Notes: generated from the sequence alone by a model not told the origin. Positions 42,285 through 57,540 are shown, numbered from the stretch's first letter. The stretch: DNA of 64,000 nt from Octopus vulgaris (GCA_951406725.2 OX597825.1:8866001-8930000); one strand, 5' to 3'. Numbers and translations: made by a program.

Positions 42285-44638
42285 ACTATATATAGGCAAA
42301 TTTGTTGTCGAAAATACACCTAACATCGAAAAACGTGTAACTGTTATTAAATGAATGTATTTCCATATATAGAAAACTATAATAATATTTTTTAGTTTAT
42401 CAATGGTAAAAATTTAAAATTATGAATTAAAAAAATATGCTTAAAATTTTGAACGTTTACAGGTTTCAATAAAAGGAAATATGTTTTAATTGTTCATAAC
42501 ATTCAATAGTATAAAATATGTCGATCATATTGTTTAACTCCACAAGATTCAATAGTGTTAGTAGTGATTGATAACAGAAGGTGGATCATCAAATTTTCGG
42601 TCATAATGAGTGAAGAGAGAAAAAAATACGATAAAAATTAAGATAATAAAAAAGTTTCTGTGATTCTGTATCCGTCTTGTGCGGGGACTTTCACTTGTAA
42701 GGGCACGTTATGTGTAATCCGGTGTATCTATATTTTTTTCCGCCCAAAAGAATCATTTCGAAATTTCGTTTCGAAATAAAAAGGATCGACTAATAGTAGA
42801 TAAAACTGTCAATAATTGTGGTACCTAAAACGCTAAAATGTCTTTAAATACATATCCCAAACAACGCTTCAGAAAGCAGAGTACCTTGCCAACATTTGAT
42901 TATATTATTAGAATATTTCTTTTAGCATTTATGTATTATTTTTCCTCTTAGAATACTGCCTTGTTTGTCTCACCTGCCCTTGATTGCTTTCAGAATCTTA
43001 AGCCATCTTTCCCTATGTAGTTTCGTATTGCTTTAACGAGATGTTTCTCATGTAATTGAAACTGTTTTGAATTTGACGTCTGCCGTTGAATTACAAGCGC
43101 GTTCCACATTTCAAAGAAGTTCATTTTAGGCCATCATTCAATCAGTATGTAGGACTTATACATAGGAACTTAAATTAAGAAGTTTATACATTAGTGTAAA
43201 TATAAAACATATGGGCATTATTCAAAATATAGAGTGAACTTTTATAGCAATAAACACAGAATCCAACTTAGACGAGGTTTCATGCCATGAAATGAATGGA
43301 ACCTCACAATCGAGCCTTCACTATGAGGAAATAATCATTCCTTTATCCTTGTGAATGGATGAAAAGCATCCGTACATATATTCGCAGGGCTTTGCAGTAT
43401 TTTGTGATTTATAATACAAATTGCGCCAGAAAGCCACAGTTATCGAACATCAACAAAAGGCAAGCTTTTTCATCTGAATATAAAAGGATTTCAGCTTCTT
43501 CTTAAATATTATCTTCTCGGATGATTGAAGATTTCTTTTCCTTCTCAGAGATCCATAATCGGTGAGCAATAAGTATACATACGAGTTCAAAGAATATTTT
43601 CCACAGCAAAAAAGGTCACATTGACTTGTAATGATTTAAAAGTAATATGTTAGAGTAACATTCAGTGTTTTGGGCTTTGTATTTCTACAATGGATGTCAT
43701 TGCTCAATATTAAAGGAATACCTCTACTTTTGATTACGACTGTAATCAACAATATATTACAATTTCTGCTCGTTTTACTAAATGGATCAAAAATTCAACA
43801 TAGGGAGGTGCTTTTGGTGTAGATTTTTTCCTAGAGCTTATGATTAACAAAGAGCTGTGATTATGACAGGGGAGATTTCAGTAATACAATCTCGGTTAAT
43901 TAAAGATTAGAGTTAAAGATGCAAATTAGAATTACTGCCTGCTTTATGTTAACTGTTAATCTGTATAGTGAAATACTAATACAACGGTAATTAAAGTATT
44001 TCAAGAACAATGGAATATCATATTTCGATATAGAACTCTAATCCTCGCATGAATCAGTATAAAGCAGATTATTCGATATTTATGAAGTTTCGGATCTGCT
44101 ATAATCTTTGTTAACGCTCATCCGATATTAATACCGTCTACTTTATCAAAGCTCATATATTGATTGTTTTACCTGCACTCCTTAAGAAATTGACATTCAT
44201 TATACAACTATTAAAAGAGATAGTGCTAATTACTATTGTCTAAATATAATATTCATTAATATACGCCATAGCTGTTTCAATAATCAAAGTGCTTGCGTCC
44301 ATTATTCTTTAATGAAAGAAATAGACGTAACATACTGCAATCACAAGATATGTCATTAAAGTGAAATTCTAGAATCGGTCTAAACATGTACACCTATTTG
44401 TCCTCGTATGTACACCTCTTGGTCTATATACACCAACACGTCTGTATAGTAAAAATATTAGACTATTAGTCTGATTATAGTTTTAGTTTCTCTACATCTC
44501 CTCATTCTGTGAAAATGTGTTACCGCTTGGCAACACATGAGATACAAAAGTTAAATGCCACATGCGCCAGAAAGGAACACTGGCCGACATCCTTCATACA
44601 TAACACTGAAGTTTTCAGTGGATCTTGCAAGTACAGTT

Positions 44639-44673
<35 letters not shown>

Positions 44674-44675
<2 letters not shown>

Positions 44676-45056
44676 CGCAGGAGTGGGTGTGTGGTAAGTA
44701 GCTTGCTTACCAACCACATGGTTCCGGGTTCAGTCCCACTGCGTGGCATCTTGGGCAAGGGTCGTCTACTATAGCCACGGGCCAACCAAAGCCTTGTGAG
44801 TGGATTTGGTAGACAGAAACTGAAAGAAGCCCGTCGTATATATGTATGTATATATATATGTGTGTGTATGTTTGTGTATGTTTGCTTGACAACCGATGCT
44901 GGTGTGTTTACGTCCCCGTCACTTAGCGGTTCGGCAAAAAGAGACCGATAGAATAAGTACTGGGCTTACAAAGAATAAGTCCTGGAGTGGATTTGCTCGA
45001 CTAAAGGCGGTGCTCCAGCATGGCCGCAGGCAAACGACTGAAACAAGTAAAAGAGT
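44674..45056 (+). mobile_element. tRNA-derived octopus-type SINE in (TA)n
   Basis: Near full-length match to 37659-38075. Confidence 0.92.
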
Positions 45057-45253
45057 ATATATATATATATATACCTACGAATATCTCTTATTTAAGCATG
45101 CATGGATTGCAATTCTTTTATTTAATGTTCATTATACAAGTGAGTAAAGACATTTAGCATCTACCCGCCTAATCACGAGTCATTCAAAACTGTGAGAATG
45201 TTGGGTTCTAGTATGGAGCTACATGATCTCAATGAAGATGGACTGGTAATTCT

Positions 45254-45312
<59 letters not shown>

Positions 45313-48300
45313 AGTGTATGTATGAGAGAGAGAGTGAGAGAAAGAGAGAGTGACTGTCTGTCTGTGTGTTTCTGTGTATGTGTGTATGCGTGTATAAATA
45401 TATACAGACAATTGATAATATATGTGATTTTATATCTCTAGTTATATGCATACCTGAATAAGTAAATACAGAGATGGAGCGACCGACCGATCTAGCGATA
45501 GCTAAATACAGGGAAGGAAGTTATTGAAGCTCATATATATTTAGTCACATCTGTGTACGTTTGCAATTGTGTATACGATATTGCATCAACGGTTCGTATT
45601 CTATATATTAAATTGTATTCATAATTGCTTTCAGATACCTTCTACGCAAATCAATATAACATCATGAAATATACTCTACATTTCACACAGAATTAATGGA
45701 TGTGCACCCGATATGTATGTTTCTGCATGATACAGACTAGTTAAATTCAGTAAGTGATTTGATATTTCCATCTATACTAACTGCAACATAACAGTCTGTG
45801 AGGCTCACACGCCAAGGACAAATTATGGAAAATGTTAACCGATGAAGCAATTATTCCCTGATATTTATACGGTGGGAGACTCGTGATGGATTCTATTTGA
45901 AAAGCCAATTATAAGGCATCAGCAAAAATACAATAGATTCAAATGCATAGCATGTTTAGATTGTTTGATGTTTGCATGTAGCGAATTAAAAAAATAAATA
46001 AATAAAATCTACAGAGCAGAATTGCCATGATATTCTATTATCAATGTTAATTGCTGTTTCCGTATAGGCGTGCATCGAAATTTATGTGAGGACCTTGGTT
46101 AATCAATAATACTATAAACGTACATACGTATCACAGTAAGAAAAAAATATACATCGTAATTTGGTATAAGACAAATAATTAGCCAAAAGTGTTGTACTTA
46201 TGTTTATTGACTGTTACCTCAATTGTGTTGCTTTTGAACTGGGAAAGAATTATATCTACTTCATCGATACATATTTCACTTCAATCGCTTTAAATTAACA
46301 TAAAATGGCAGACCATCCAATCTAAAGGATTTTCCCATGAGAAGTTACCATCACTTCCCTAATTTTTGCCGCTGTTATCAGACTTTAATAACACTCAGCC
46401 TCTATTGAGGAGTGACGTGAAGATCCGTCGAGGTAGGTGTGAAATCCTCTTTGTTTCCCGGCAAACAAATTGTCAGGGACATTTGTTCAAAACGCTTCTG
46501 AAATCCAGAAAAAATCTACATTAAATCAAGTAACCTCCACCTATTTTTTGGACCATGAACAAACGAACAGTGGTTTTGTTGGGACGGTACATCGAGCCAT
46601 CATTCATATATTTCGTCCTCTTTTGTCTTAAATCACGGACTTTAGCGCTGAAAAACGGACATCTGTGCCTCCGATTAATGAAGTTGTTGGAACCCAATTT
46701 CAAGATGAGTTCGTCGTTTGCGACGGCTTTTCTAAGCGCCTCCTCTATGTATTTCTACTCTATGCATTTTTATAGTTCTCATCTTAGTAAACCTTAACAA
46801 TTTAATCTTAATCGATATATCGAAGGTGAATCTGCATTTGTTGTTGACGACCACCCTCGTCAATACCAGCTTAACAAATTCTCCAATCGATTCTCTGTAA
46901 TCTTGGTGCTTTGGGAGTGTAGAGTTTAGGTTTCAGTAAACGCCACCCTGCCTATGACGTCTGTTTCTGATCGAACTTACAGCTCATAAATTTCTGATGT
47001 CTGTAACCTACGATTTTCATATCTGAAAAGCCTGTGATGTGTTTATTTACTGACCTGTACAGATATAATTTGATTAACCTGATGTAGTTCGTCAATTACA
47101 TACTGGAACAATCGAACAGTCACGTAAAATCGCTAACAGACATTCCTATATATTTATGATTTTCTCACTAACAACCATATTACTAAATCTAAACAATGGT
47201 CTTACAATATGACATTGCGCGTAAAAACGGAGTATATTTAATACGAATAATTATGGAAACTAATACGAAGATTGAATTTCAAGCTCCATGTTAACTAGTT
47301 GATATTGTTAAGCGATTCAGTAACGGACAGAGTGATTATGGCTTTTTGAAAGCAACAATATTCTTTTATATTCATAATTGTGGTGTTGGTATCGTTCGAA
47401 ATGATGCTGGTATTTAGCCAAAATTCACAAGAGTTTTATTTGACTCGCATATCACGAAATGCATTTCAAACAAACCCTAAAACTTTATATCAAATATATT
47501 GTTAGTATATTGTGGAGCTTACTAGTTATTCAGCAGCACTTTCCAACTTGTGATTACACAGCTACATTCAACCCAACCTTGTGTTACTCACATTTTTGGA
47601 AACTTACAATTAAAGGAAAATCTAGGGTTAGTCGCAGAACACGTTATATGGAACTCGAATACATCTTCCTCTTTAGAATAAAGAATACGCTACTTGAATT
47701 CTTTATTGGCTAACCATCTGTGTCACACACATTTTTCCCTAATCTCATAGACAACCATTTGGTTATGCTTCGTGAGTATATTATAATTAACTAACTGTTA
47801 ATCGTTTGTCCCATGTTGTGATGCATACCTTCCTGAAACGGCATTTGCATAAATACGGAAATAAACAACGAATGTTACACATAATATTATATAACGTTTT
47901 CAGATACTTGTCTCTAATAAACTGAGAACAAGATAGAAATTTGTTTAGCATATTTCTGAACACTAAATTGTATATTCATGAAATACTGTTCACAGTTTGA
48001 TGTGGGCAAATTAACAGCATAGCTTGCAAATTTGTCTATTTTATATTTCAGCAATGTAGATCAATATACACTATGAACACAGTTGACTAAATGTATTTCA
48101 GATTAAATATTAACTATCTTATATAATATTTGAAATGAAGAAGTGAATACATAGAAATCCTCCGGAAATATCAATTTTCATATACCACGTATAATAAAAT
48201 CACTGATAAATAAATATTAACTGAAAAATGTTTTCATAACATACGAATATATATATATATATATACGAATGTTATTATATACTAAACACCTCATTGGTAA

Positions 48301-48365
48301 ATTCCCCTGCAATTCTATGTACATTCTAGTAATCAATACAACTCCTGTAATTCAATTTCAAAATA

Positions 48366-48416
<51 letters not shown>

Positions 48417-48604
48417 AACTATATGCACTTGGTGACGTAAAATTATATGTATATGAAGAAGGATATACATGTGTGTGCATATGTATATATATATATATAT
48501 ATATAAAGGAGAGAGAGTGATTTATACATATATGTATGTGTATTTATATATATATATATATCTGTTTGCATACACATGAGTATTTATGATCGCTTGTGTC
48601 TCTG

Positions 48605-48652
<48 letters not shown>

Positions 48653-49329
48653 TATTTGTATTTGTTTGCATGCATAGGTCTATTTGTGTTTATACATATA
48701 AGTAGTATATGTATAGGCATGTGTATGTGTTCAATGTGTGTGCGCGTGTGTGTGTAATTCTGCCTGCTTAATGTATGTATGAAGGAATTTCTATATTTTA
48801 TGACTATAACTTCATACTCCATTGTACATAAGTATATAGAAGCATGGGACTAACATACAGGTATTAGCCTTTATACAGTGCACGATTTATTTCATTTTAA
48901 TCATGTACATTTGAAGATATTTTATCGATTCAATGGGTCCTGAAAAACAAACCATCTCGAAATATGTAAGACGAAGAGAACGTGACGTTGTATGTGATAA
49001 ATCAGATGATAATTTTCGACTCATCAAATAGATTTACGCAATATTCTCTGCGAATAACACGGTTGGTATTGTTTGTACAACATATTTCCGCAGATACAAG
49101 GAATGAAACCGCAAATTCATGAGTATCCATTTCTACATAATTCTTTTTCTTGTCAAAAAAGCCTACGGCCAATATCTGTGCTCTTGGTAGTGTACACGTA
49201 AGTGTCGTCCAAGAATTAACTGACATATAACTATATATGTTTGTGTAGGTCTATTTGTGTATCGCTCTCTGCACGTTATAGACTATTGTAGATATATTAT
49301 GTAACGACATTGCGAACAAATTTAAATAA

Positions 49330-49882
49330 CTATATGAATATTGAATTAAGGAGGAACTTTTTTAATGTTGTGCTGTTCAGTTGTATGTTGTTCATCTGCT
49401 GTTCATATTGTTTATGCACATCATAAACAGATATCTTTGGATTTCACAAATGTCATAGCCACTAACATCTCGTTTTTTTCACCAATCACAGAAGGCGTAG
49501 GGCGTCCAGATTTTGGTGCATTGCTCACGGCACCTGTGATATCAAATGTGTCTCTTATCCTATAAATTATCTGGCGTGAAGATGGAAGAGTGTGAAAGGC
49601 TTCGTGCCATGCTCTGAGCATCTGCTCGGCATTTTAAGACTTCGAATACAGATTTAGTATCCATTTTCCTTGCTCTTGATTTAAATTGTTTGCCATGTCA
49701 AACATTTTACAGTACCTGAAAAAGAAAAGAAAAAATAATCACAGACTGAAAAGGGAGCTTGAGGAAATTAACTAAATTATCATAGTATTATCATAGAATA
49801 CTGGTTTCATATGTTTTTATAATTAAGATTGAAACTGCTAATATATGAATATGAAAGAGAAACTTTTGGGCCACACAGTATA
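49330..49882 (-). mobile_element. Tc1/mariner-superfamily transposase 5' remnant
   Basis: TIR-like TACTGTGTGGCCCAAAAGTT; ATG at 49696 gives MANNLNQEQGKWILNLYSKS*NAEQMLRAWHEAFHTLPSSRQIIYRIRDTFDITGAVSNAPKSGRP (HTH + GRP motif). Confidence 0.8.
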
Positions 49883-50086
49883 TTTCTCTGAATCTCAGAG
49901 TAGCCGAGGCATGGTTGTTAATGCTCGACAAACTTAAAAGTATAATTCTAAGCCTCTGGCATTTTCCACAGAAGGTTACAAAACTTGGGTGTAGTTAATT
50001 CATTCCGAATAACATCAGTGGTCCCTATATCTATGTATTGTATCGTATTGGAAATCAACTGCCTTTCTAATGATATTAATATTGAA

Positions 50087-50512
50087 AGGCAGCGAGAAGG
50101 CAGAACCGTTACAGCGCGGGGAAAATGCTTAGCCGCTGCATTCCTTCCGTTTTTCATGTTCTGAGTCAAATTCTACGAATGTCCACTTTGAATTTCAATA
50201 TTTCGGAGTAGATGAATTAAGTACCAGTTGTGAACTGGAGTCGATGTAATCAACTTATCCGTTCCCCCAAAATTATAGCCCTTGTGTCAAAATTCGAAAT
50301 CAGTATTCAAAAATATATGAGTAAGTGAGATTGTAGGGCATACCGGGCAAAGCGATAGCGGCATTTAGTTTGTCTTCACGTTATGAGTTCATATTCGGCC
50401 TCATTGACTTTACCCTTCATCTTTCCGAGGTGGATAAATCAACAACCATTTGAATAGTGCGGTCGTTGTAATAGAATTACCCCGAAAGTGCTGGATTTGT
50501 GTCAAAATTTTG
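50087..50512 (+). mobile_element. Two adjacent decayed Meta/MESC-like SINEs
   Basis: Family head and core at about 50087-50305 and 50330-50512. Confidence 0.7.
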
Positions 50513-50559
50513 TATCCAACATTTAATAATATCACCGAAAATCACTATCAGTTCCTTTA

Positions 50560-51130
50560 TTTGCCTTCAGTTGTTACTGAAGAAGAGTCAATCGGATTAA
50601 ATGTGCATTAATATACTATTTTCTGCCTCCTACATCTATAAACCAATCTTTGATTACAACAACCAAACAAAGACCAGTATAATCTGTTCAATCAACATAA
50701 TGCCCTACATCAATTGAGGCGTCAAAAGATTTCAATGTCACATCCGTATATTTGGTGAGTTTTCGTGGACGGTAATGTTCATCCATGCTTGTAAAATGGT
50801 ATTTAATATCAGTATAGGAGTAAGTGAAATTTATTGCTAGCACTAATAGATATAAAGGAAGAGAAGCGTAAAAATTATTAATATCAAACAGTGAAAACCA
50901 GTTGATTTGGTAAGTTTTTATAACACCCGATAACATAGATGAATTATCCCTAAGGGGCAATATCCCTAAATTTTATCTATAATGCTATCCAATGCAAATT
51001 CGCTAATTATACGCATTGCTGGAAATGTCGGGTTAACGAATCAGATAAATGGATTACGGTATAAATATAATTTATTAACGTTCGTAGTGTAACTAGGAAA
51101 ATTCGCTTTTAGTGCATCGCTACGATCAAT
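50560..51130 (-). mobile_element. Decayed Penelope-like reverse transcriptase
   Basis: FVNPTFPAMRIISEFALDSI, WFSLFDINNFYASLPLYLLVLAINF and DVTLKSFDAS resemble PLE motifs RLINP.K..G.ISK.ILD.I, FDI..FYPSI and FDVTMGS.DGAE. Confidence 0.7.
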
Positions 51131-51330
51131 ATTTGGCAGCTTGCTTGTAATTTTGTTACTCCAATTTCGTTCAAGACGTGTGAGTTCACTTTACTGTAAA
51201 CTTCGCTGAATGTAGTTTGCAGGTACCGACACACACACACACAAACATACACACAGACACACACACTTACGCATAAAAATACGCCCAGAAGCGGACACGT
51301 ATATATGCATGTCTATAACGATATGTGCAC

Positions 51331-51371
<41 letters not shown>

Positions 51372-51438
51372 CATGTGTGCTGGTGTATATGCATATATAT
51401 ATATGTAATATACATATATTTGTGCTGGTGTATACGCA

Positions 51439-51527
<89 letters not shown>

Positions 51528-52198
51528 GTATGGGTTTATATATATATATAAATATATATATACACGCATGTAAGCATTTATGAGCTCGTGCCTTTTTAAA
51601 CGGAATGTTCTCGTTCTATTCTCAAGAATCGCTATGATCGAATTATTCGTTTCTCTTTTGAAATCCTGAAACTCACCGAAGGTCAAAGGCAACTAAAATA
51701 TTGTTTGAAAAGATTACTTTCCATATCTTGTTAATGTCTCGTTTGGTGGTATCTCTTTTATGATTTCAGTACAAAGGGATCCGCTGAAGGCCAGATTTCA
51801 TTATGATTTGTACATTCTCATTGTGTTGAATGAGATCTACTTCGAGATATCTGGGGCGCAAAACCATGCGATCATTTTAGTGATCATTCAATACCTTGGA
51901 GCTTGCTTCATAGGGTTAAGTATTATGTTTATCTGTATCGTATAACCACAATTTAATTGTTAATAAATTATTGTTTAAGTGATGTAATTGAAACAAACTA
52001 TGACAACCAACCCTTAAAGTCAAAGAGAATATGAAGAAGCGAGTTTTCTGTTAGGCTCTAATATTAAGGGAATCGTTGCTGCTAAATCTATCTGGCTATA
52101 GCACAGTCCATATTACACAAAATATTCTACACCTAGATGGCATATATAAAAGAATATTTGAATGCCGTATTTACTATATTATATCTTTGTCTTATATA

Positions 52199-52245
<47 letters not shown>

Positions 52246-52413
52246 AAATTGCGAGGATGATCCGGTTCTTGACTGAAGATTGAAGGCTTCGAATGTCCCG
52301 TCCGTGTTTTTTGTATCGTCTTCTAAATGTTTTGCGTCCTTGTCCCAGTTTGTATTTTTTACACACACACACATATATATATATACATAATATATACATA
52401 TACATATATATGA

Positions 52414-52468
<55 letters not shown>

Positions 52469-52474
52469 GACATA

Positions 52475-52510
52475 TACGAAGGGGTGGTAAAAAGTTCCAG
52501 GCTTTAGTAT
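52475..52510 (+). repeat. Solo mariner-type TIR
   Basis: TACGAAGGGGTGGTAAAAAGTTCCAGGCTTT resembles the ends at 11065-11288 and 37299-37330. Confidence 0.5.
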
Positions 52511-52882
52511 CTTTTAAATTTGTGGAAATCCTTTTCACCATTTAATAAAACAAGTGTTAGTAGAAAACATAAGTATGTTCTGCATCATATAACCATGATT
52601 CGATTCGATTTTATCAGACTTTTCATCTAGTAAGATATATAGTAACGCGACGATACCATATTGCGCACTAGAACAGGCGCAGTTTACATATATGTATCTT
52701 GCTTGTGATAATTCTGTAGTTATGTCACGAGAAAAATAACAATTTTATGAAACTGAGGAACAACATCGCAAGTCTTCGAAATTCTATAAATCGTGTAATT
52801 CATTCTAAATTATATAAAAATGTTTCTCGTTTTCCACATGTTGCACGCATTTCATATTATATGTTTCTTTGTACTTTTTGAC

Positions 52883-52936
<54 letters not shown>

Positions 52937-55306
52937 TTCTCTGTATATGTGTTTATGTATGCGTGTTAATAATCGACGTGAAATCAATATCTTTGATAGA
53001 CGTTTGCAGCTTTAATGTTTGTGTAAACCCCCCTAATACTTGTTTGGTGTGCAGTGAGATGAACAGAAAACGCATGCATGTAGAAATAATAACATATTTT
53101 AAAGGATTGTTACATTTCGATATTATGTCTGTGTAAAATAATAAGCGTTCTTAGTGACAGCAGCTTGCATCGTTATGAAACAGTGCTACTATGTAATCAA
53201 GGACAGCATAAAAATACAGGGCAGATGCCAAATAAATGGAAAGAGAGTGAAGCGAAATTCATTGAAATGTAAGCTAAAATATATCTTATTTTCAATGAAC
53301 AGTAAGGTGGATTAGATTAAAGAGGCTCTAATTAAAGATTATAAATTGAAACTGAAATAGTACGTAAAATATAATGAAACTGTTTTCGTTATTTCACTTT
53401 ATGCTGGTTCTAAAGCATGTATATTTTAAATATATATATATATATACATATATACATACATACATATATATATATTGCATCAGTCTTCTTGGGTGATGTA
53501 ATATATTATGTAATATTTAATGTGTGAATACTCTATGTAAGTAAGGTAAATATTTATATTTAAAAACAATTGTATTATCCATTAATGTAACATGGAAACA
53601 CACAGAATATTGCATGTAGTAAAAAAGGGAAATGCATTAGGGGTAACGAATCTGAAGAAGATGTTTTTACACGAAATGATTATTGGTAGGAAAACATATA
53701 ATTAGTTCACTTGAAAGTAGCTAATAAACAAAGGTATTTCGATAGTGCTCCTACCTACGATTTCTCAAATAAGAAGTGCCTACCTCATTCGCTAAACTTA
53801 TCATAAAATGCCCAGAATAAACCCGAAACTGAAAAATTCCCTAAGTTGCCAAACGTCGAACATAGAGATTAGATGTCACGAACTTAGTGGTACCTCAGTG
53901 TTTGACTACCTCTGCCGTTCTTTACCAGTGCCTGTCGTAGAGATCATGTCGAAGAGTTTAATGAAATGTTGAATTTCTGACGTTAAAGATCTTCATTAAA
54001 TATTTGTTTTTCTTTTTTATGAGATAGCGAATTCGGAAGACAACCTACGATAGAGAGAATGGAATATAGTAATCGTAACACGTGTATATTTTCCGAATAT
54101 TCAATACAATACTTATGGGTATTCAAACATATTTATATCGTCTTATGAAATAGTTTAAGTGGTGAAAAAGAATAAGGTATTTAGCGAATTCATTGCATCT
54201 TACATTATCGTCCTCAGATGGAGTCGCCATTAACAAGACCGAAAGCTGTTCCAAACCATTTGGAAACAAAAGCTTTTGGGAGAGCACTATCTGTTAGATG
54301 AATATTCGAGACCAGAGTGTTGGCTGAAATAAATATTTTGTTATACGTATACCATCATGGTTTTCATAGACATCATAGTCTTACATAGGAACATACCCGA
54401 TGACACATACACGGGTACATACAAGCGTGTACAGACATACTTATGTCATTCTCTCTTTTCTCTCGTTCTTTTTACTCCCTTTCTCTCACACTCTCTCTTA
54501 CTATCTCTCTCTCTCTCTTTCTCTTTATACATGCGTATATTTGTGAAGTTGTATGTAAGTACTTATGCTTGTACATACGTAAAATTGTATGTGTGTACTG
54601 TCCCTTATATTTAATATCCATACTTATGTGTAATTTTGCGAAACTTTACTGTGAAAATATGTTATTCTTCCTGAATATATGAATACAAATACCAAGATGA
54701 GTACAACGAAAATTGAAATACATAAAAAGAAATATTTTGGATAAAAAAAAATAACACGAATAATAAGAATCGATTATCGATCATCTATAATCTGTCATTC
54801 TCGTAAATCCTTTCTGAGTATTTGAAAAGAATTTAAATAAAAAGACATCACCAGATTTAATAAAACATTCGTGTCACTGAATTTGCTTGAAGTATAATTC
54901 TAGTCGTCAGGGTGGTCGGGGTAGGAAGGAGCGAAGATTTGGTAGCGTTTTATATCCAAGAGATTTCAGCTTAGTCAGTCAATCAAGAGATATAATGGGG
55001 GAGGTTTGGAGATCGATGGAATATTCGTTATTCAATGACAGATTTTAAGACGTTTAAATATGCCAAATTATTTCCTACTCATACGCGTCGATGTTTTTAT
55101 CACTCTTCGCGTTTGTCCATTTGTGTTTTGTTTGCCATTCTGCCGATTTCCCTTTCACGTGTAAAAGGGAAGAGAGAACGGAAAGGAAGATATTAAATAA
55201 GAAATTATGTATTTGATTTCGCAGAATGTGGTTTATTCATCTCAGCAGATATATTTGGAGAGCCTGAGTGAATTATGTACACATACTCACACGGCCACAC
55301 ATCGGG

Positions 55307-55468
<162 letters not shown>

Positions 55469-55561
55469 CATATAGACACATATACATATATGCATATTTA
55501 TTTACACATCTATAAACACACACAGACTCTTAAATATTCATGTATATACATACATACATAT

Positions 55562-55885
55562 ACTCTTTTACTCTTTTACTTCTTTTAGTCATTTGAGTGT
55601 GGCCATTCTGTAGCACCGCCTTTGGTCGAGCAAATCGACTCCAGGACTTATTCTTCGTAAGCGTAGTACTTATTCTAGCGGGGACGTAAACACACCAGCA
55701 GCGGCTGTGAAGCGATGTTTGGGAGACAAACACAGACTAAAACATACACACACACATACACATACGCTTCTTTCCGTTTTCGTCTACTAAATCCACTCTC
55801 AAGGCTTTGGTCGGCCCGAGGCTATAGTAGAAGACACCAGCCCAAGGTGCAACGCAGTGGGACTTAACTCTGAACCATGTGGTTC
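55562..55885 (-). mobile_element. Octopus-type SINE, 5'-truncated
   Basis: Reverse complement of the family, with an internal deletion. Confidence 0.88.
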
Positions 55886-56114
55886 ACATGGCTCACAACG
55901 TGAACAATGTGGTTCACGTTGTTTCTTGAAAGCATATATCCCCCACTTCAGGTGGATCTCTCAGTTTTCTGACAGGCTATTAAATAGCTGTCAGACTCTG
56001 AATCACAATCTGTTGCAGTAACTTTTTTTTCACACTCACGGGCTGAGCGGGAGCATTGAAAGAGTACAGTCTGGGGGCTGGTACAACTCTCTGCCAACTG
56101 ATATAGGGTCTGTC

Positions 56115-56193
<79 letters not shown>

Positions 56194-56199
56194 AGTGTG

Positions 56200-57540
56200 T
56201 GTCTTTCGACTTCTATATTTCTTAACCAATCTTGGATTTCATGCAGCCATTCCGCTTCAGCACTACGCTCCACAGGTTGGTTCCATATCCCTCCTCTCCA
56301 GAATGCTCTGCTTTCCTCTATATTACATGTAATTGCGCATCTAGTTTCGGAAACAGTTTCTTAGGATTTACTTCAAACAATCCGTTTTGCTTGAGCTGTT
56401 TTCGTCTCCTGTTGTGTCTTTCCAGTTTTGCTTTGATTGCAACTATTCTTTGTTTCGATTCTTCCAATATCACATCATATCCTTTATTTCTTGTTCTATA
56501 TATTCTACCCAGAATTCTTTTTATGCTTTCCTTCTGAATTTCCACTTTTCTCAATGTATCAACTTGTCATAAATGTTTTTCTTTTTTAACTTTGATTCTC
56601 ACATATTCGTCTACGCCATTATGGTTCTTTCCGTTCTGTTTGTTCTTTTCTCCTGTGTCCAACTCTATCTGCAGTAATTATAGCTGCAGCCCAAATAATC
56701 TTGTCAGTTTCAATTATATTTCTCGTCTGGAATTGACCAAGGATTGAATCTATCTTTTCGGCTTCAACCTTGAACTTGCGTCGATCGATGTACCTCAGAT
56801 TGGGAAGTGTTTGATATTGGTCTTCTCCAATATATCGCTACAGCATCCTCACTGTATCCTGTTGGTCATCATTGTATGTTTATGATATATCTCTTACTAC
56901 AACTTCTGCTGCATTTGCTGAGAATGCCTTTAAATTTACACTATGATCTACATTTCACTGCCCCCATTTATTTCTCTATTCTCAATGGACACATTGTATG
57001 TTGGTGAAGTATTATTTCTGATTTCTATTTCCTTTTTCTCACTTCTATTTCCATGTCTTTTAGCCAGCATATTGCTCTTATTGCTCTTGCTTGGTCGACC
57101 AACCGTTGCTCACTTGCTCCGAAGAATCCTATGTCATTCCATTTTGCTTTCATTCGTCGTCGGAATCCCCTCCTACTGGGTTCACTCCTGATCTAGCATT
57201 CAATTACCGTTCTGTTTGCCTCCTCATCCCACTTTCTCTGCCTCTGGCTTTGTGTACAAGCAGTCTCTGGATGACGACAGGGCTTGCGCTGCTCAGCCAC
57301 AGGGCACCAACCAGGATAAAGTCCTTCACCTTTGGTACTAGCCTCATTAACACCAATATTTGATACATTTGTGTTAGACATTTTCACCAAACATAGAGTT
57401 TTGTATTTTAAGGTTAGCCACCAACTGGTATTTTTAACGAGACCAACATCTCTAGCAAGATTGTCAACCAAGACAGCACAGCTCTAACTACCCATAAATT
57501 GTGCTTGTCCCCTTCGCATTTCTTTGTGTTGGGGAACAGG
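56200..57540 (-). mobile_element. R4/Dong-like LINE 5' portion (5' UTR + N-terminus), decayed
   Basis: KQRIVAIKAKLERHNRRRKQLKQNGLFEVNPKKLF and NQPVERSAEAEWLHEI; its 5' end abuts ATAATAAT at 57541. Confidence 0.75.

Noticed and set aside
45635-45749. Plus-strand exon candidate (TTTCAG...GTAAGT)
   Set aside because: Stops in all frames; no support as coding.
52243-52360. CTGAAGA-containing repeat fragment next to (TA)n
   Set aside because: Probably a PLE-LTR-type fragment, but no complete hammerhead fold can be drawn.
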